A stretch of DNA of 63,866 nt, filler included, from Octopus bimaculoides (taxonomy: Eukaryota), in assembly GCF_001194135.2 (NCBI RefSeq). It is 8 parts of 7 records of this genome, joined end to end, with 100 filler letters (N's around TTAATTAATTAA, not from the genome) between each part and the next. Parts side by side here need not be neighbours in the genome. Positions count along the whole stretch, not along the records: positions 17,639 to 25,923 come from NC_068989.1; positions 26,024 to 38,680 come from NC_068981.1; positions 38,781 to 45,888 come from NC_068987.1; 5 more parts are not named here. One strand, given 5' to 3'. Of the stretch, positions 25,081 through 38,998 are shown in pieces (position 1 is the first letter of the stretch; every line of letters starts with the position of its first letter). The position numbers and the translations under genes were made by a program. Below the pieces are notes generated by a model. That model was not told the DNA's origin. It saw only the letters and a list, made by a program, of their open reading frames with translations, and searched no databases.

Positions 25081-25645
25081 TAAGCTCTTACAACATTCTT
25101 TTCTACTCTAGGTACAAAGCCCGAAGGTTTTGGGGAGGGGGCTAGTCGATTAGATCGAACCCAGTACGCAATTAGTACTTAAAATATCGACCCTGAAAGG
25201 ATGAAGGGCAAAGTCGACCTCGGCGGAATTTGAACTCAGAAAGTAAAGACAGACGAAATACCGCTAAGCATTTCGCCCGGCGTGCTAATGTTTCTGCCAG
25301 TTCGCCGCCTTACACGAAGGAGTTTCTGTGTGGTTGTCCGATTTGCTTGAAATGGTAGTCAAATCTACCTCAGATCATATCCTACGGACGTAAGACAAGG
25401 AAGGGTGATTAAGGTAGTGTTAGACACATATTTGGAAGAAGGACCTCCCCCCCAAGCCAAACGGGATGGCCACATTTGGAATGCCTTTAATCATAGATTT
25501 ACTTAACCGGGAACGGTCTAGCTAGGTCTAAATAACTACGCAACATTCTTACATACGCGTAAACATACACATCAAGAAGTAATCGTTGCTCAAACACATT
25601 TATACCCGCAATCATAGTGCAAAGAACTATCACGTTCCACCTCCT

Positions 25646-25715
<70 letters not shown>

Positions 25716-25869
25716 ACAAATAAGCACACCTACAAACATCCACACCTACAAACATCCATACACAAACATACCACAACATATTACACATTCGAAGTCCTTA
25801 TCTCTCTGTCTGTCTGACTGTCTGTAATTTGCGCGCGTGTGTGTGTGTTTATACATATACACACACATG

Positions 25870-25923
<54 letters not shown>

Positions 25924-26023
25924 NNNNNNNNNNNNNNNNNNNNNNNNNNNNNNNNNNNNNNNNNNNNTTAATTAATTAANNNNNNNNNNNNNNNNNNNNN
26001 NNNNNNNNNNNNNNNNNNNNNNN

Positions 26024-26301
26024 GTACCCTTAACGTAGTTCTCGGGGATATATTCAGCATGACACAGAGTGTGACAAGGCTGACCCTTTGAATTACAGGC
26101 ACAACAGAAACAGGAAGTAAGAGTGAGAGAAAGTTGTGGTGAAAGAGTACAGCGGGGTTTGCCACCATCCCCTGCCGGAGCCTTGTGGAGCTTTAGGTGT
26201 TTTCGCTCAATAAACACTCACAACGCCCGGTCTGGGAATCGAAACCGCGATCCTATGACCGCGAGTCCGCTGCCCTAACCACTGGGCCATTGCGCCTCCA
26301 C
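26024..26301 (-). mobile_element. Near-identical copy of the same SINE, cut by a gap
   Basis: Only scattered substitutions relative to 31068-31343. Confidence 0.85.
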
Positions 26302-26439
26302 ATCATCAATATAGACCCTTACGTTACTATTCTAAGGCTTCCCCTTCTTACAGGAGATAAAACTTCATGTCTTCAAAGCTCTCTTGGATGTTAGTATGAT
26401 AAAATGCACAGCAAGTTAAAGTAAATGAAGCCAATCAGA

Positions 26440-26900
26440 AAGAATGATCCAATTAATCCTTTCGATGATAAGCTGCACCGTACTGTAACTCCTGGTAAAT
26501 TATCAAGACACTCGTCTACAAAATGTGGATTTTCGGCTCCCCACTACATTTATTTGTGACTGTTAATTGGACCATTTAAATTAAATATAGCTTCATCACT
26601 CCAACAATCTGGAAACTGTGCGTCTTCAGCATGACTTGCAAAATACCACTCTTTGCTTATTATCATCTGTATTGATTTTGAAATTCCTGTCATGGCTTCA
26701 TTTGCCACACAGAATTTTCTTGAATTCTGGCAATGTTTCTAGTACATCTTCATGTCTTGCAGTGCTTGTTGATGCCTGCAGTCTTCCAGAATGTTTCTTC
26801 AGAGCATTCTGAACAGTTCCATCTGCTTCAAACTTATCTCTAACGTGACTGATGGTAAGTCAAAGAGATGGACACGTTTGAAACTACCCTCTTTCATGAC
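26440..26900 (-). mobile_element. Tc1/mariner-superfamily transposase remnant (DD37D/DD41D-like)
   Basis: Peptides VRDKFEADGTVQN..SGR..STS and WSDEAIFNLNGPINSH...WGAENPH...[21 protein letters not shown], with stops and frameshifts. Confidence 0.8.
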
Positions 26901-27212
26901 AGTGGACTGTGATTGCCTTTCCAAACTTCCTGAAGCACTTCAAGACAGATTACCTTTGTTCAAGGCTTAGTTTGGTTGCCTTCATTATTTCTATCAGGTT
27001 AAATCTAAAAAGAAATGGGAAATGAGTTATCAGCTATTTAAGTGTGTATACATTTTGGGAGGACACCTTGCATCATCATACATGTATATTTGTGCATGTA
27101 TATCTATGAATGTATATGTATTCATGTATGTATATATATATACATATATATATGTATATATATGCATATGTATATATATATGTATATATATATATATATG
27201 TATATATCTATT

Positions 27213-27246
<34 letters not shown>

Positions 27247-27776
27247 TATATATATACGTATATACGTATATATATATGTATATATATGTATATATATATA
27301 TGTATGTATANNNNNNNNNNNNNNNNNNNNNNNNNNNNNNNNNNNNNNNNNNNNNNNNNNNNNNNNNNNNNNNNNNNNNNNNNNNNNNNNNNNNNNTATA
27401 TACATGTGCGTGTGTGTACGAATTATAAGCATATATATTTTTTTCTTTTTATTATTCTGTATGTAACTATATGTGTGCGTGTGTTTATATCGAATATATG
27501 TATATATTTTCATTGGATGAGTTTATAAACGATATATTCATTTATATAATATCAATTTTTGACAATTATGTACGAGTTTATATTATATAACACGGGAAAT
27601 TTTCTTTCTCCTCACTTTCTCTCTTGCTCCCCCCCCCCGCCTTTCCTTTTCTATCTTTAAGTCGTTTTTTTATTATTTGTTTTCACTTCACTGCCTTTCT
27701 TTACATTTTAAATGTTACGGGTTATAATTTCTTTTCAATTAGAAATAAAGAATAATTAAAAACATTTCCAAAAACT

Positions 27777-29140
27777 GGGTCTTTTCTGTTTGGCAGCCAA
27801 GATTTCAAAAATCAAAGTTTATTGAACATTTTTAAATTTGGTACATTAAAGTAGTTTACCAAGCTGAATAGCAGGAGTTGTTTCACTTTTTCAGAATTTT
27901 TTTTTACAAAAAGTTATAGAGGTTTAAAGTTTGATCATTTTCACCTACTCTGGAAACAGGATTTGGAAGCTGTCAATTTGTGCGTGATTGGACATTTTGT
28001 CAACATCCTGGAAATAGCACTTCTGTTTTTATATGAAACCATAAACAAATAAATGAATTACGCACGACATATAACCTCTCATAACTTTTTTTTATTTTGG
28101 GGGATTTTCAGAAAAATTTTGTGAATTTGTATTCTACACACGGGAATTCATATGATTATGCAAAAAGAAAAAAGAGAAAGAAATTGCGGGATTGCGTGAT
28201 TTAAGGCCTATTTAGCTGTTATTTTTAGCACACCTCACAACCACTTCAATGACAGAAAAATAAAACGAATAAACAACACGTATTTCGAAGTTTTAAGTAT
28301 TCATTATGCATTTAATGTGACAAACAGCACATTACAAATTGAACATTTCTCAGAAAAAGAAACTTATAGCATAAACTTAAAAGATTTATCCAAAAACAAA
28401 ATAACACATTACAAATTAAATGTTTTTAAAAACAAATATCTCAACAATCTTCCCAGGACCACCAACCTTAACTGGATAACGGATCAGATCCTCCGCACAT
28501 ACTTCCCTAACATTGCTGTTATAATCAACAGCAGTGCAATGGCTCATCCCCAGTTTTTCAACACAAAACTGGACTGAAGTCAATTCCTTAACCCATGAGT
28601 AAAGGAAAAACACTACAGTCCAAAAGGAAGGCTGCCACCTTCAAACCATGTGTCTTTCCTCACTGACACAAACTTCATGCATCCTTGGCGCGAGCATCGC
28701 CAGTACATATTCGCACCTCGTTTTCTTGTACTCGTAAAATGCTTCATCGTTTTGCATAATTTTCTTTTGGGTGTAACACCCATTTCTTGCAAGTACAAAA
28801 GCGTGATTTAAGGCCTATTTGGCTGTTATTTTTAGCACATGTGACACTCAATTCAATGACTGGAGTATATTAGTCAACACATGTTTTCTTGCAGACACAA
28901 GAGTTCTCATTTTTGGCTTGTTACTATGGAAACAGGCATGAATGTGTCTGTGGTTTACAATTTGCTAAAATTACCCAAAATTTTCAAACTTTAACAGCTA
29001 ATAATTCTTTATTGATTTATGGCGAAAATGATTTTCATGTCATTGATTAGCATATAAAAGTATATCATTACACTGAATATGAAATTAATTCGAGCAGAAA
29101 TTGAAGAGATTGAAAATCGGCAGCCAAACAGAAAAGATCC
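27777..29140 (-). mobile_element. Merlin (IS1595/ISXO2-related) DNA transposon, internally deleted
   Basis: TIRs GGGTCTTTTCTGTTTGGC and GGATCTTTTCTGTTTGGC; degenerate 8-9 bp TSD (caaaaact vs ccaaaatt). Frameshifted transposase fragment 28416-28798 (YWRCSRQGC...SVRKDTWFE; TAVDYNSNVREVC...VGGPGKIVEI) stops just before the first catalytic DES motif. Confidence 0.85.
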
Positions 29141-30963
29141 CCAAAATTTATTACTTTCAACCCCACCAACATAAATGTTAAGATTATTATCTCGTTTGAA
29201 CGAAAAAAAACATCTATTTTGTGATGTACTGTTTTAGTGTTTCGATTAATTTTGAAATATAATCATTGATTTCAAATTTTGGCATCAGGCCAACAATTTA
29301 GAGGTGGGGGTAAGTTTATTACATTGACCTCAGTGCTCAACTGATACTATTTTATTGACCCCGAAAAGATGAAAGGCAAAGTCGACCTCAGCAGAATTTG
29401 AACTCAGAAACGAACGAAATGCCGCTAAACATTTTGCCCGGCCTGCAAACCATTCTGTCAGCTCACCGCTCTATTTTTAAATGTAATCATTAATTTATCG
29501 CAGATTTTGTAAAACAGCTAAATTTATCTTTGTTAATATGGTGCTTAGAAAGTTTCTTTAAATAATTATAATGAAGAAATTTAATTTAAACGCGAATCCT
29601 TGAAAATAGGTCATTTTTGAAGTGGGAACTAGAGGCGATCTCAGTCTAGTTGATTTCAAAAAGTATAAAACGAAATTTCACAAAAGTCGTGGCCCTAGGT
29701 GNNNNNNNNNNNNNNNNNNNNNNNNNNNNNNNNNNNNNNNNNNNNNNNNNNNNNNNNNNNNNNNNNNNNNNNNNNNNNNNNNNNNNNNNNNNNNNNNNNN
29801 NNNNNNNNNNNNNNNNNNNNNNNNNNNNNNNNNNNNNNNNNNNNNNNNNNNNNNNNNNNNNNNNNNNNNNNNNNNNNNNNNNNNNNNNNNNNNNNNNNNN
29901 NNNNNNNNNNNNNNNNNNNNNNNNNNNNNNNNNNNNNNNNNNNNNNNNNNNNNNNNNNNNNNNNNNNNNNNNNNNNNNNNNNNNNNNNNNNNNNNNNNNN
30001 NNNNNNNNNNNNNNNNNNNNNNNNNNNNNNNNNNNNNNNNNNNNNNNNNNNNNNNNNNNNNNNNNNNNNNNNNNNNNNNNNNNNNNNNNNNNNNNNNNNN
30101 NNNNNNNNNNNNNNNNNNNNNNNNNNNNNNNNNNNNNNNNNNNNNNNNNNNNNNNNNNNNTGGTTTGTTTACATCTCCATAACTTAGCAGTTCGACAAAA
30201 TAGACCGATAGAATAAACACCAATGCAAAACCCTTCAAATCGGTGCTCCAGCTTGGGTATAGTCGAATGACTGAAACAAGTAAAAGATAGACGATAACAT
30301 GTTTATTGTTGGGGATTCTATGCATCGATTGTATTGTATAAGAAATATATATTTCACCACAAGTAAATATTTATTTATTAAGATGGTAGAACAAGATTTG
30401 AAGATTTGGTTGCCTCCTCTGCAAATCCTCATTCATTTAAAAAAAAAATTCCACTTTGACATCTCATGCAAGCAATCTTCTTGTTCAAATTATGACATGT
30501 ATTCAGATTACTACCATCAGCCGTCATGGACTTAACACAAAGAATAAAGGATGGCTTCAACTACTTCAACAACAAACAACACTCTTAAATACTCTCAACA
30601 TCATCAAGTTATACACAAGATAACCAATGTCTCACAAAACTACTTTTCCGGTCATCAGCCCTATAGTATGCAAAAACATTTCCAAAACTTTCTACTTTAA
30701 AAATGGTGTATCATAAGCATGTATCATTTCGCCTACTCTTTTTAACTTATACCTATCGATCTTCCTACATCTTTGCAAAACATACACACAACTTCATATG
30801 TAAATAACATCATACATTCTACCTTTACTCTTCAGACAGAGTGTACAACTACTCTAACACTGTTGCACTACATAGTCTGACTCCGTAACAGTAACCTTAA
30901 ACAGCACCAACCAAAACAATCGTTTCCAATTGTTGTTTACCAACTGTTGTTGTTGTTGTTGTT

Positions 30964-31343
30964 GGCACTCCGACGCTTACGACGTCGAGGGTTCCAGTTG
31001 ACCCGATCAACGGAACAGCCTGCTCGTGAAATTAACGTGCAAGTGACTGAGCACTCCACAGACACATGTACCCTTAACGTAGTTCTCGGGGATATTCAGC
31101 GTGAGACAGAGTGGGACAAGGCTGACCCATTGAATTACAGGCACAACAGAAACAGGAAGTAAGAGTGAGAGAAAGCTGTGGCGAAAGAGTACAGCAAGGT
31201 TCGCCACCATCCCCTGCCGGAGCCTCGTGGAGCTTTAGGTGTTTTCGCTCAATAAACACTCACAACGCCCGGTCTGGGAATCGAAACCGCGACCCTATGA
31301 CCGTGAGCCCGCTGCCCTAACCACTGGGCCATTGCGCCTCCAC
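30964..31343 (-). mobile_element. Full-length tRNA-headed SINE (~380 bp) with (AAC)n tail
   Basis: Head GTGGAGGCGCAATGGCCCAGTGGTTAGGGCAGCGG...GGTTTCGATTCCCAG contains Pol III A-box and B-box motifs; tail at 30945-30963. Confidence 0.85.
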
Positions 31344-32499
31344 GTTTACCAACTACAAAGAATACTAAAAGAGAGCCCGTAAGTGGTTACTTGATCTCTC
31401 TGAAATAGCAATCAAATCTCCCTTAGATCACTCACCCTCCAGATCACGCAAATTACAAAAAGAAAGACATATTGGTTATTGTAATCATAGACACTCTCTG
31501 TCTAATAAAGAAAGGTCTGGATGATCTCTACTGGAATGCTTTTGTCAATAAATAATAAAAATCGCTGATGCGATGACTCTAAACAACAGCAGCAGCAATA
31601 TGGACATACTAGACACGCGCATGCGCACGCAGAAAATATATACGGCACGTTTGCAGTATTCACAGTACATATAGATGAACAAATATACTTGGTGCAACTA
31701 CAGGTACCACATTTGTTCTACATAAAGAAACAATACTGGTGTACAAACAATATACTAGATTTATCAGTTTCTTCAAATCTCCTTGTTGATAACACGTAGT
31801 TTAAACGAATGAGTTTCTACGTGGATGTTTGATCTTGAACGAATAGCAGCCAAATTCCTTCAGTCACAACCAACAGTCTTAAAACATCAGACAAATAGTT
31901 CTAGATATGCAAAAAGACGGGATGGCCAAAGCTGGAATACTTTGAATTATAGGTTAGTTCAGTCAGACCTGACAACGATCCAATAATTAACATCAAGAGA
32001 AAACAATGCTCTACACATCATCACATGATGTACAGACTACATACACAATGGAAAAAGTAGAAGACAAAGACATGAAGGTTCCAATTGTTCTTTCCGTCTC
32101 CGCTATCGTCACCAAAATGTAATGACACATATAAAAGACTAGACAGTTGAAAGTGCGCAAAAAGAGACTTGATCAGAGCAGATCAAAGGTTACATACTAT
32201 AGAAAATCATTTATTGCAGTCAGTACTTCTTTTATAATTTGATTAGCAAATGGTTTTATTTTCAATTTTTCTAAGAATATTTCCATACAGTAAACTAATG
32301 ACTTCATGGCTAGCAAGCAATAGTGAAGGCAATTCTTCTGCTGATGATGGCTAAGTATCCAGAAATTCCCGAAGTTATCTTCTTTGCTTTCTCGTTCAAA
32401 GAATAATGTTTGGTAACTCCTAATAGTTTTACCTAATCATTAGAACACCATCAGTTGCAGCTCCGGAAATGTCCAGAACAGAAGCGAGAACCAGGAATT

Positions 32500-34550
32500 A
32501 ATGACCGAGAAACTGAGCCTCGTGCACACGACCAGCCACAGGCTACTAGCAAGCAGTACTACTCTATAGATTTGCAGTGATGGGGAGGAGATTGAGACTA
32601 AAGTCTGGTGAAAAACAACTAAGAAAGGAAAGAATGAGTATCCTGTTCCTCGAGAAATAGTGTCCTAGAGCTATTAGTGGCTGGGTAGAAATCACTGTTA
32701 GAAGAGGTGTACGGGAAAATAGAGCTTTACTAAGACATTTCCAACTCTCTGATAGATATCTAAATCTAATGGATTTCCAAAATGCACCAGGGAAAACCGA
32801 CCAAATGGCAGTGGATCTTTCATGTACTATTTAGATGGAGTTATCGTTAGGTTGGGAGATAAGATGTGTAAGATGACTGCAGTTCAAAATGATTAACTGA
32901 ACAGAGCATAGAATAGCAAGCTTAGATAGGTTATCTTGACAAGAACTCGTTTGCAGAGAACTGAATGTGTCGTTCCCGACATGGAAAGCCTTCAGATTGC
33001 AGATTAACGAGCTAATTAAGTAGAAATTGACGTGAGTGATCATTAACAGGTGGTACGTTATATTAAAGGAGCAAGTTAGAGCAATTCATTGGTGGTTTTT
33101 GTAAGAATCTTGCTCTAGAGAAGAATACATTGAACAAGCAGTTAGAAGATAGACTTAATAAGATTATTAAGAAAGATATTGCATGCGAAGTACAAGCAGC
33201 GAAAATGTCTCGCAACCATCACTTTGATGCGAAGCACGAAGATTGTGTTGTCTGAGGTAAGATGCGTGCTTGTAGATACGAAATCCGTTCGATAGGTGCG
33301 CATAGTGGAGGTTCTACGTAGTAACAAAGCAACGTTTCAGTGATTTGATGGACTGGAGCGGACGTTGCTATTTGATATCAAGTAGATATATTTGGGTTTT
33401 CGTCAAGACTTTGTCGAACAGCTCTTTAGGAACAATGATCAGGAAGATCGAACTTCGATACCTACCTCGACGCTTTGTTGCGATTCTTGACCGAAGAAGC
33501 AAATGCACAAGGGTCTGGCTCGAGTCGAACTTTGAGGTGAATAAAAAGTGCGACCAGAGTAGCGTATTTCACCCAGTAATAGACTAAGAGAAAGATATTC
33601 TTGAAAAATCGGGAGATTTTGTGAATTACTATCGTTTGATTGCTGTATATTTTCTCAGGAAAAATCTGACCAAATTAGAGCGCATACTCTATTACCTTTT
33701 GAGGAAGGACCGAGTTGTGGCTGAACAGGAAGTTTATCTGCTGCCAATACCCACTTCATGTGGGTCTCGGGATGCTGTGGCTAATGGCACTCACTGAAAC
33801 TACGACATCTTCAGAGATACCTGGATAACGACGGCAGTCATTATTTGAGAAACACATCTTTCGGCAACTCGTCTTTTTGACTGAGCTGTAACTGTAGGTC
33901 AACCGTTGGCTGATGCTGGGTATCTAGCATCTAGAACATTGTCAGGCATCCACTGCACTCTACTAGCTGAGCAATGCTGTCAGTGGAACGTCCATGTTAG
34001 TGTTTTGCAGATGGTTTGTGACGACTATGAATGATGGTAGGTTGGGAACAGTTGTAGCCGTCGACGAGGGCTGCCTGAATAGTCTCTTTTGGAGGCCTTT
34101 CAAAATAGAGATGGAAACACTTCTGAAATTCCTTGACCAGGTAGTGCTTCAAAAGAACATTATCAATTTCAAGGAAACTTCATGTGCATGACAGTACAGA
34201 CAGCCGGGCGTATACTAGATGCGTGCAATGGAAATCGTTCTGTATCCAAACATTTTTGACCTGCTATCAAAGCATAATGCCAATAACCATGAAACCAAAG
34301 AAACTGTGTTGGAGTGACTCAGCTGCTCGCGAGTGAGACGACGTTACACCCAATACGAGTATTTTGATTTTTGATAACTGCTACTTATGCTGTACTGTCG
34401 GTTGATATTGGACATGAAGGCACCTATGTAAACAGTATTGATGTTATACACCTGCTCTTCATCGTACAAGAAAAGGAGTGTCTGCTAAACATTTCATAGA
34501 GCAATAAATCTATACAAACATTCTTCAAATATTACAAGCAAGCATATTTG
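32500..34550 (+). mobile_element. Heavily decayed Tx1/L1-like LINE ORF2
   Basis: Endonuclease-like YYLDGVIVRLGD and VSDH motifs near 32.8-33.05 kb; C-terminal-like GTVVAVDEGCLNSLF and HLLF near 34.0-34.5 kb; many stops; RT core apparently deleted. Boundaries approximate. Confidence 0.5.
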
Positions 34551-34789
34551 CACACTCAATCACACTTATATATATATATATATATATATATNNNNNNNNN
34601 NNNNNNNNNNNNNNNNNNNNNNNNNNNNNNNNNNNNNNNNNNNNNNNNNNNNNNNNNNNNNNNNNNNNNNNNNNNNNNNNNNNNNNNNNNNNNNNNNNNN
34701 NNNNNNNNNNNNNNNNNNNNNNNNNNNNNNNNNNNNNNNNNNNNNNNNNNNNNNNNNNNNNNNNNNNNNNNNNATAGTTATATTGCTAT

Positions 34790-35240
34790 ATTTCGGGACG
34801 GTTATTTTGTTTTTTCGCCAAATAAAAACACTCACTATATATTCGTTCTTCACCCGTTTATTACTGTTCTTATTTTATCTAATGACCATTGTCCGGAAGT
34901 CTTTCGTCACACATCTATGATCTCTTCGGTGACCCTTTCCGTCCACATGTATCCTCCTGCTCCGCTTAGTTCATTAATTATATTCCTTATCGGTCTCTAA
35001 TTTAATTTTTCTAATTTGAATTAATTGGGCATGGAAACAATCGTAGGATCTATGAGTTTGATATTGTTTGAAACTGGATTTGATTCAATAAATTGATGTT
35101 TGCATATCAATTTCTCCATTTTCTTTTTCTTGTGCATAAATGGTAATATACCCATATCCATCCATGTGAAGCTAACATCCTTTAGTATTTCACTGATACA
35201 CTGGATAAAACCGGGGAACCTGGATGCTGACATCCCTTTA
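34790..35240 (-). mobile_element. Probable Penelope-like remnant with degenerate hammerhead (34891-34934)
   Basis: Homologous to 5740-5850 (ttcttattttatct, ctttcgtca.ac.tct.tga.ctcttc.g). The upstream peptide ILPFMHK...HQFIESNP only loosely resembles a GIY-YIG C-terminus. Confidence 0.35.
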
Positions 35241-35516
35241 AGAGGTATTTATGTCCTCGAAATAATATATATGCATTTACAAATATCATATGTAGTATTA
35301 GACAGTTTAAGTATATTAATATGTTTACAAATATTATGTATAGTATTAGACAGTTTAAGTATATATTAACTAAATTTGGCTGAAATTGATAGGTGAGCGT
35401 TTGGCCCAATCCGATATGCAAGGAGCCGTGTTAGCGTTGATTTGTGAGTTCATCATTTTCCAGTCACTTGTTTGTATTTAAAGATTGTTGCTTCAAATTG
35501 GAATGTTATTATACAG

Positions 35517-35615
<99 letters not shown>

Positions 35616-36748
35616 CTCTTCGGTATTTCCAATTGAAGAAAGCTAGAAATGTGCCTAGGGGTATCACTAGGGGAAGACACTGAGCCGATAAGATGTTTTT
35701 ACATCGTTTACCATAAGCGAGAACTTCCTCTGCTATGTAACTGCAGTGAATTTTCCGCTAAAAGTTAAAGTAAGTCACAAACATATTTTAACTGACTTAA
35801 AGTTAGTTAAGATATGTGTGTATACATACGAGGGGGTACCTGGTCAACTTCCTACTGACCTTCCTTTGACCAGTACAAGTCCTAGGGCGTCGAGTGTTTC
35901 CTCATCAATCATCTAGTGTGGAGAGGATTTCCTGCTCGTTTTGACAAGCAACAAGCAGGTGGATTTGGTTTCAAATCTCAGGCAGGGTCAAGCTAGGTCC
36001 TACACACACACACACACACACAGACATATATATATATACAAGTACATACGCACACATATATATTACACACGCGCGTACACATACACACACATGACGGGCA
36101 TCTTTCAGTTTCCGTTAATCAAATCCACTCACAAGGTTTTGGTTGGCCTAGGGCTGTAGTAGAAGACACTTGCCTAAGGTGCCTGCCACACAGTAAGTCT
36201 GAACCTGGAATCATGTGTTTGGGAAGCAAACTTCTTACCACACAGTCACGCCTGTCGTCTAATGTATCAGTGACTTTAAAAATATTAGCTCAGAGAGAGA
36301 CAGCGTGAGGTATGAGTTTTTGGGAAGGTTATGATTGGTGGTGGTGGTGGTGGTGGTGGTGAGAGAAAGGGCTGGCTGTGTTATAGTTACATATGTAGAT
36401 GTAATTACAGAAGCTCCATCGCCATAATGGTTTATTTTTAACTTAACCTTACTATGTGTCTTGCTTTTGGTTTTGGCCTTGGGAACTGTTTCTGGCGGTG
36501 TGTCTTCTTTCCTTGTTTTTCATGCCTGTTTCCTTTGCAATGTTCCATTTCTGTTTTTATCACGTCTTTCAGAAGACACGCCTTTTTACTATGACTGAAA
36601 ACAAATATGTATGTATTTTTTATTCTAATTCACTGTAACATGGCCTATAAAAGCAGCAGTATGAAAGACAAAAGAAAAATTAAGTGCTATATGTATATAC
36701 AAATGTCTACATATGTACATATTTGCGTATGATTATATCTGTATGTAG

Positions 36749-36782
<34 letters not shown>

Positions 36783-37162
36783 NNNNNNNNNNNNNNNNNN
36801 NNNNNNNNNNNNNNNNNNNNNNNNNNNNNNNNNNNNNNNNNNNNNNNNNNNNNNNNNNNNNNNNNNNTATATATATATATATCTGAATGTTTATCTCTCT
36901 CACTCCCACCCCCTCTCTCTCTCTCTATATATATATGTATACACGCATATATACATAAACATACACACATACATATATACAAACAAAAAGAAAACTCTAT
37001 TTAAGAGTTTAAGAGAAGCCTTGTACAGACTGTGAGATAGTTATTCTATCGTCTTATACGCAGACATAACAACATTTCTGTCATATACAAATACCCATTG
37101 TACACGCACACGTACAAGAGTACACACATATCCGTACATACACTCATAAATAAATGCATATA

Positions 37163-38292
37163 CAGGGGTTAGACAAAATAAAGGAAACGCTTTAAAATTT
37201 CAAATAAATGTTATTTAATATGGAGTATGGCCGCCTTTGGCAGTAATTATAGCTTGAATTCTACGAGGTATGGACTCGTACGAAGTTTAAATTGTTTCCA
37301 AAGGAATTTTTGTCCATTCTACAGCTAAAACAGTCTCCAGTTCTTGTAGTGACTGATGATGGTGGAGGATATCAACTCCTTGCTTGTTTTTTTGTAAAAT
37401 GCACCATAAGTATTCAATAATATTGAGATTTGGGGACTGTGGTGGCCAGGTAAGATGTTCAACTTCACTAGAAAGTTCCTCGTGTCATTCAGTAACAACT
37501 TTAGCCGTGTGAATTGGTGCATTATCATCCTGAAAGATTGCGTTTTCCCCCAGAAACAGTTCCGCAACCATAGGATGAATTTAATCAGATAAAAGGCGGT
37601 TTGGGTCAAATGCTTCTTTTGGCTGTCTCCACAAGTATATTCGGTCGGTGGTCAGAAATAAGGTAAAGGATGACTCGTCCAAGAAAATAACATTCTTCCA
37701 CTGCTCTAGTGTCCAATTCTGTAGGTTTTGACTCCACTCTAAACGCTTTGCATCGTTTGTTTTTGAAAGTGGTGGTTTTCTGATTGCAGCCCTCCTGTGA
37801 AATTCGGCTTTGTGCAGCCCCCGGTGAACAGTTTTCTTGGAAACTGGGTTATCGAGATGGTCATTAAGCTCTGCAGTAATTTTGGGAGCTGTACTTTCTT
37901 ACAAGTTGCGTAAGAGTCCGACGGTCCCTACTGAAAGTTTTGGTTTTCGTCCGAAGTTTTGTTTCAACGAGGAGGTTTTTCCCTCTTTCTCAAAGGCTGT
38001 CACTACTTTCGAGACAGTACACAAAGCATTTCGGCTGTTTTCGTTACGCTAGCGCCTGCCATACGAGCACCAACAATTTGACCTCTTTGAAATACCGACA
38101 GATCTATTATTTTAATGAATCTTACTACTTTTTTCTGATGATATCTGAAAAGAAACAGCAATTTTAGCAAAACTTATGAAGGAGCACTAATAATAAATAA
38201 AAAAAAAACATGAAAATAAACAAGCTTTTGACGGTTTTATAGATATTTCAAAATTATGATGCTAGGTGTTTCTATTAATTGTCCAATCCCTG
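37163..38292 (-). mobile_element. Tc1-family (DD34E) transposon, decayed
   Basis: TA TSDs; TIRs CAGGGGTTAGACAAAATAAAGGAAAC and CAGGGATTGGACAATTAATAGAAAC. Peptides AAIRKPPLSK..LEWSQN..WTLEQWKNVIFLDESSF and QDDNAPIH..TWPPQSPNLNIIEYLW, with stops and an internal deletion. Confidence 0.9.
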
Positions 38293-38640
38293 TATATGTT
38301 ATATATGTGTGCGTGTGCGTATGTGTGTGTGTATGTGTGTGTGTCTTGCGTGTGTGGGTATGGGTGAGCATGAGGGTCGTGTGTATACATATATTCTTTT
38401 ACTTGTTTCAGTCATTTGACTGCGGCCATGCTGGTGCACCACCTTTAGTCGAACAAATCAACCCCAGAACTTATTTTTTGCAAGACTAGTACTTATTCTA
38501 TCGGTCTCTTTTGCTGAATCGCTAAGTTAGGGGACGTAAACACACCAGCATCGGTTGTCAAGCGATGTTGGGTTGGCGGACAAACACACACACACACACA
38601 CACACAAACATATACACATACATACATACATACATATAGG

Positions 38641-38680
<40 letters not shown>

Positions 38681-38944
38681 NNNNNNNNNNNNNNNNNNNN
38701 NNNNNNNNNNNNNNNNNNNNNNNNTTAATTAATTAANNNNNNNNNNNNNNNNNNNNNNNNNNNNNNNNNNNNNNNNNNNNTTGTTTTTTTTTGTACATAT
38801 CCCAAACGTTTTCTCGATGCCTTTTCATCGTTATCCCCATTTCAATTTTTTACTTTATTTTCGTCCCCATCGAAAAGAAAAACTCTACATTTGTATTTTG
38901 TCCCCTCTATGTTGAGCCCTGTGTGGCTAATAAAGAAACATATA

Positions 38945-38998
<54 letters not shown>

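Noticed and set aside
30530-30940. A/C-skewed, G-poor block resembling a LINE end
   Set aside because: No RT or endonuclease motif could be read, so no element is called.
31270-31343. SINE heads as tRNA genes
   Set aside because: A and B boxes are present but there is no acceptor stem, and each runs into a shared SINE body.
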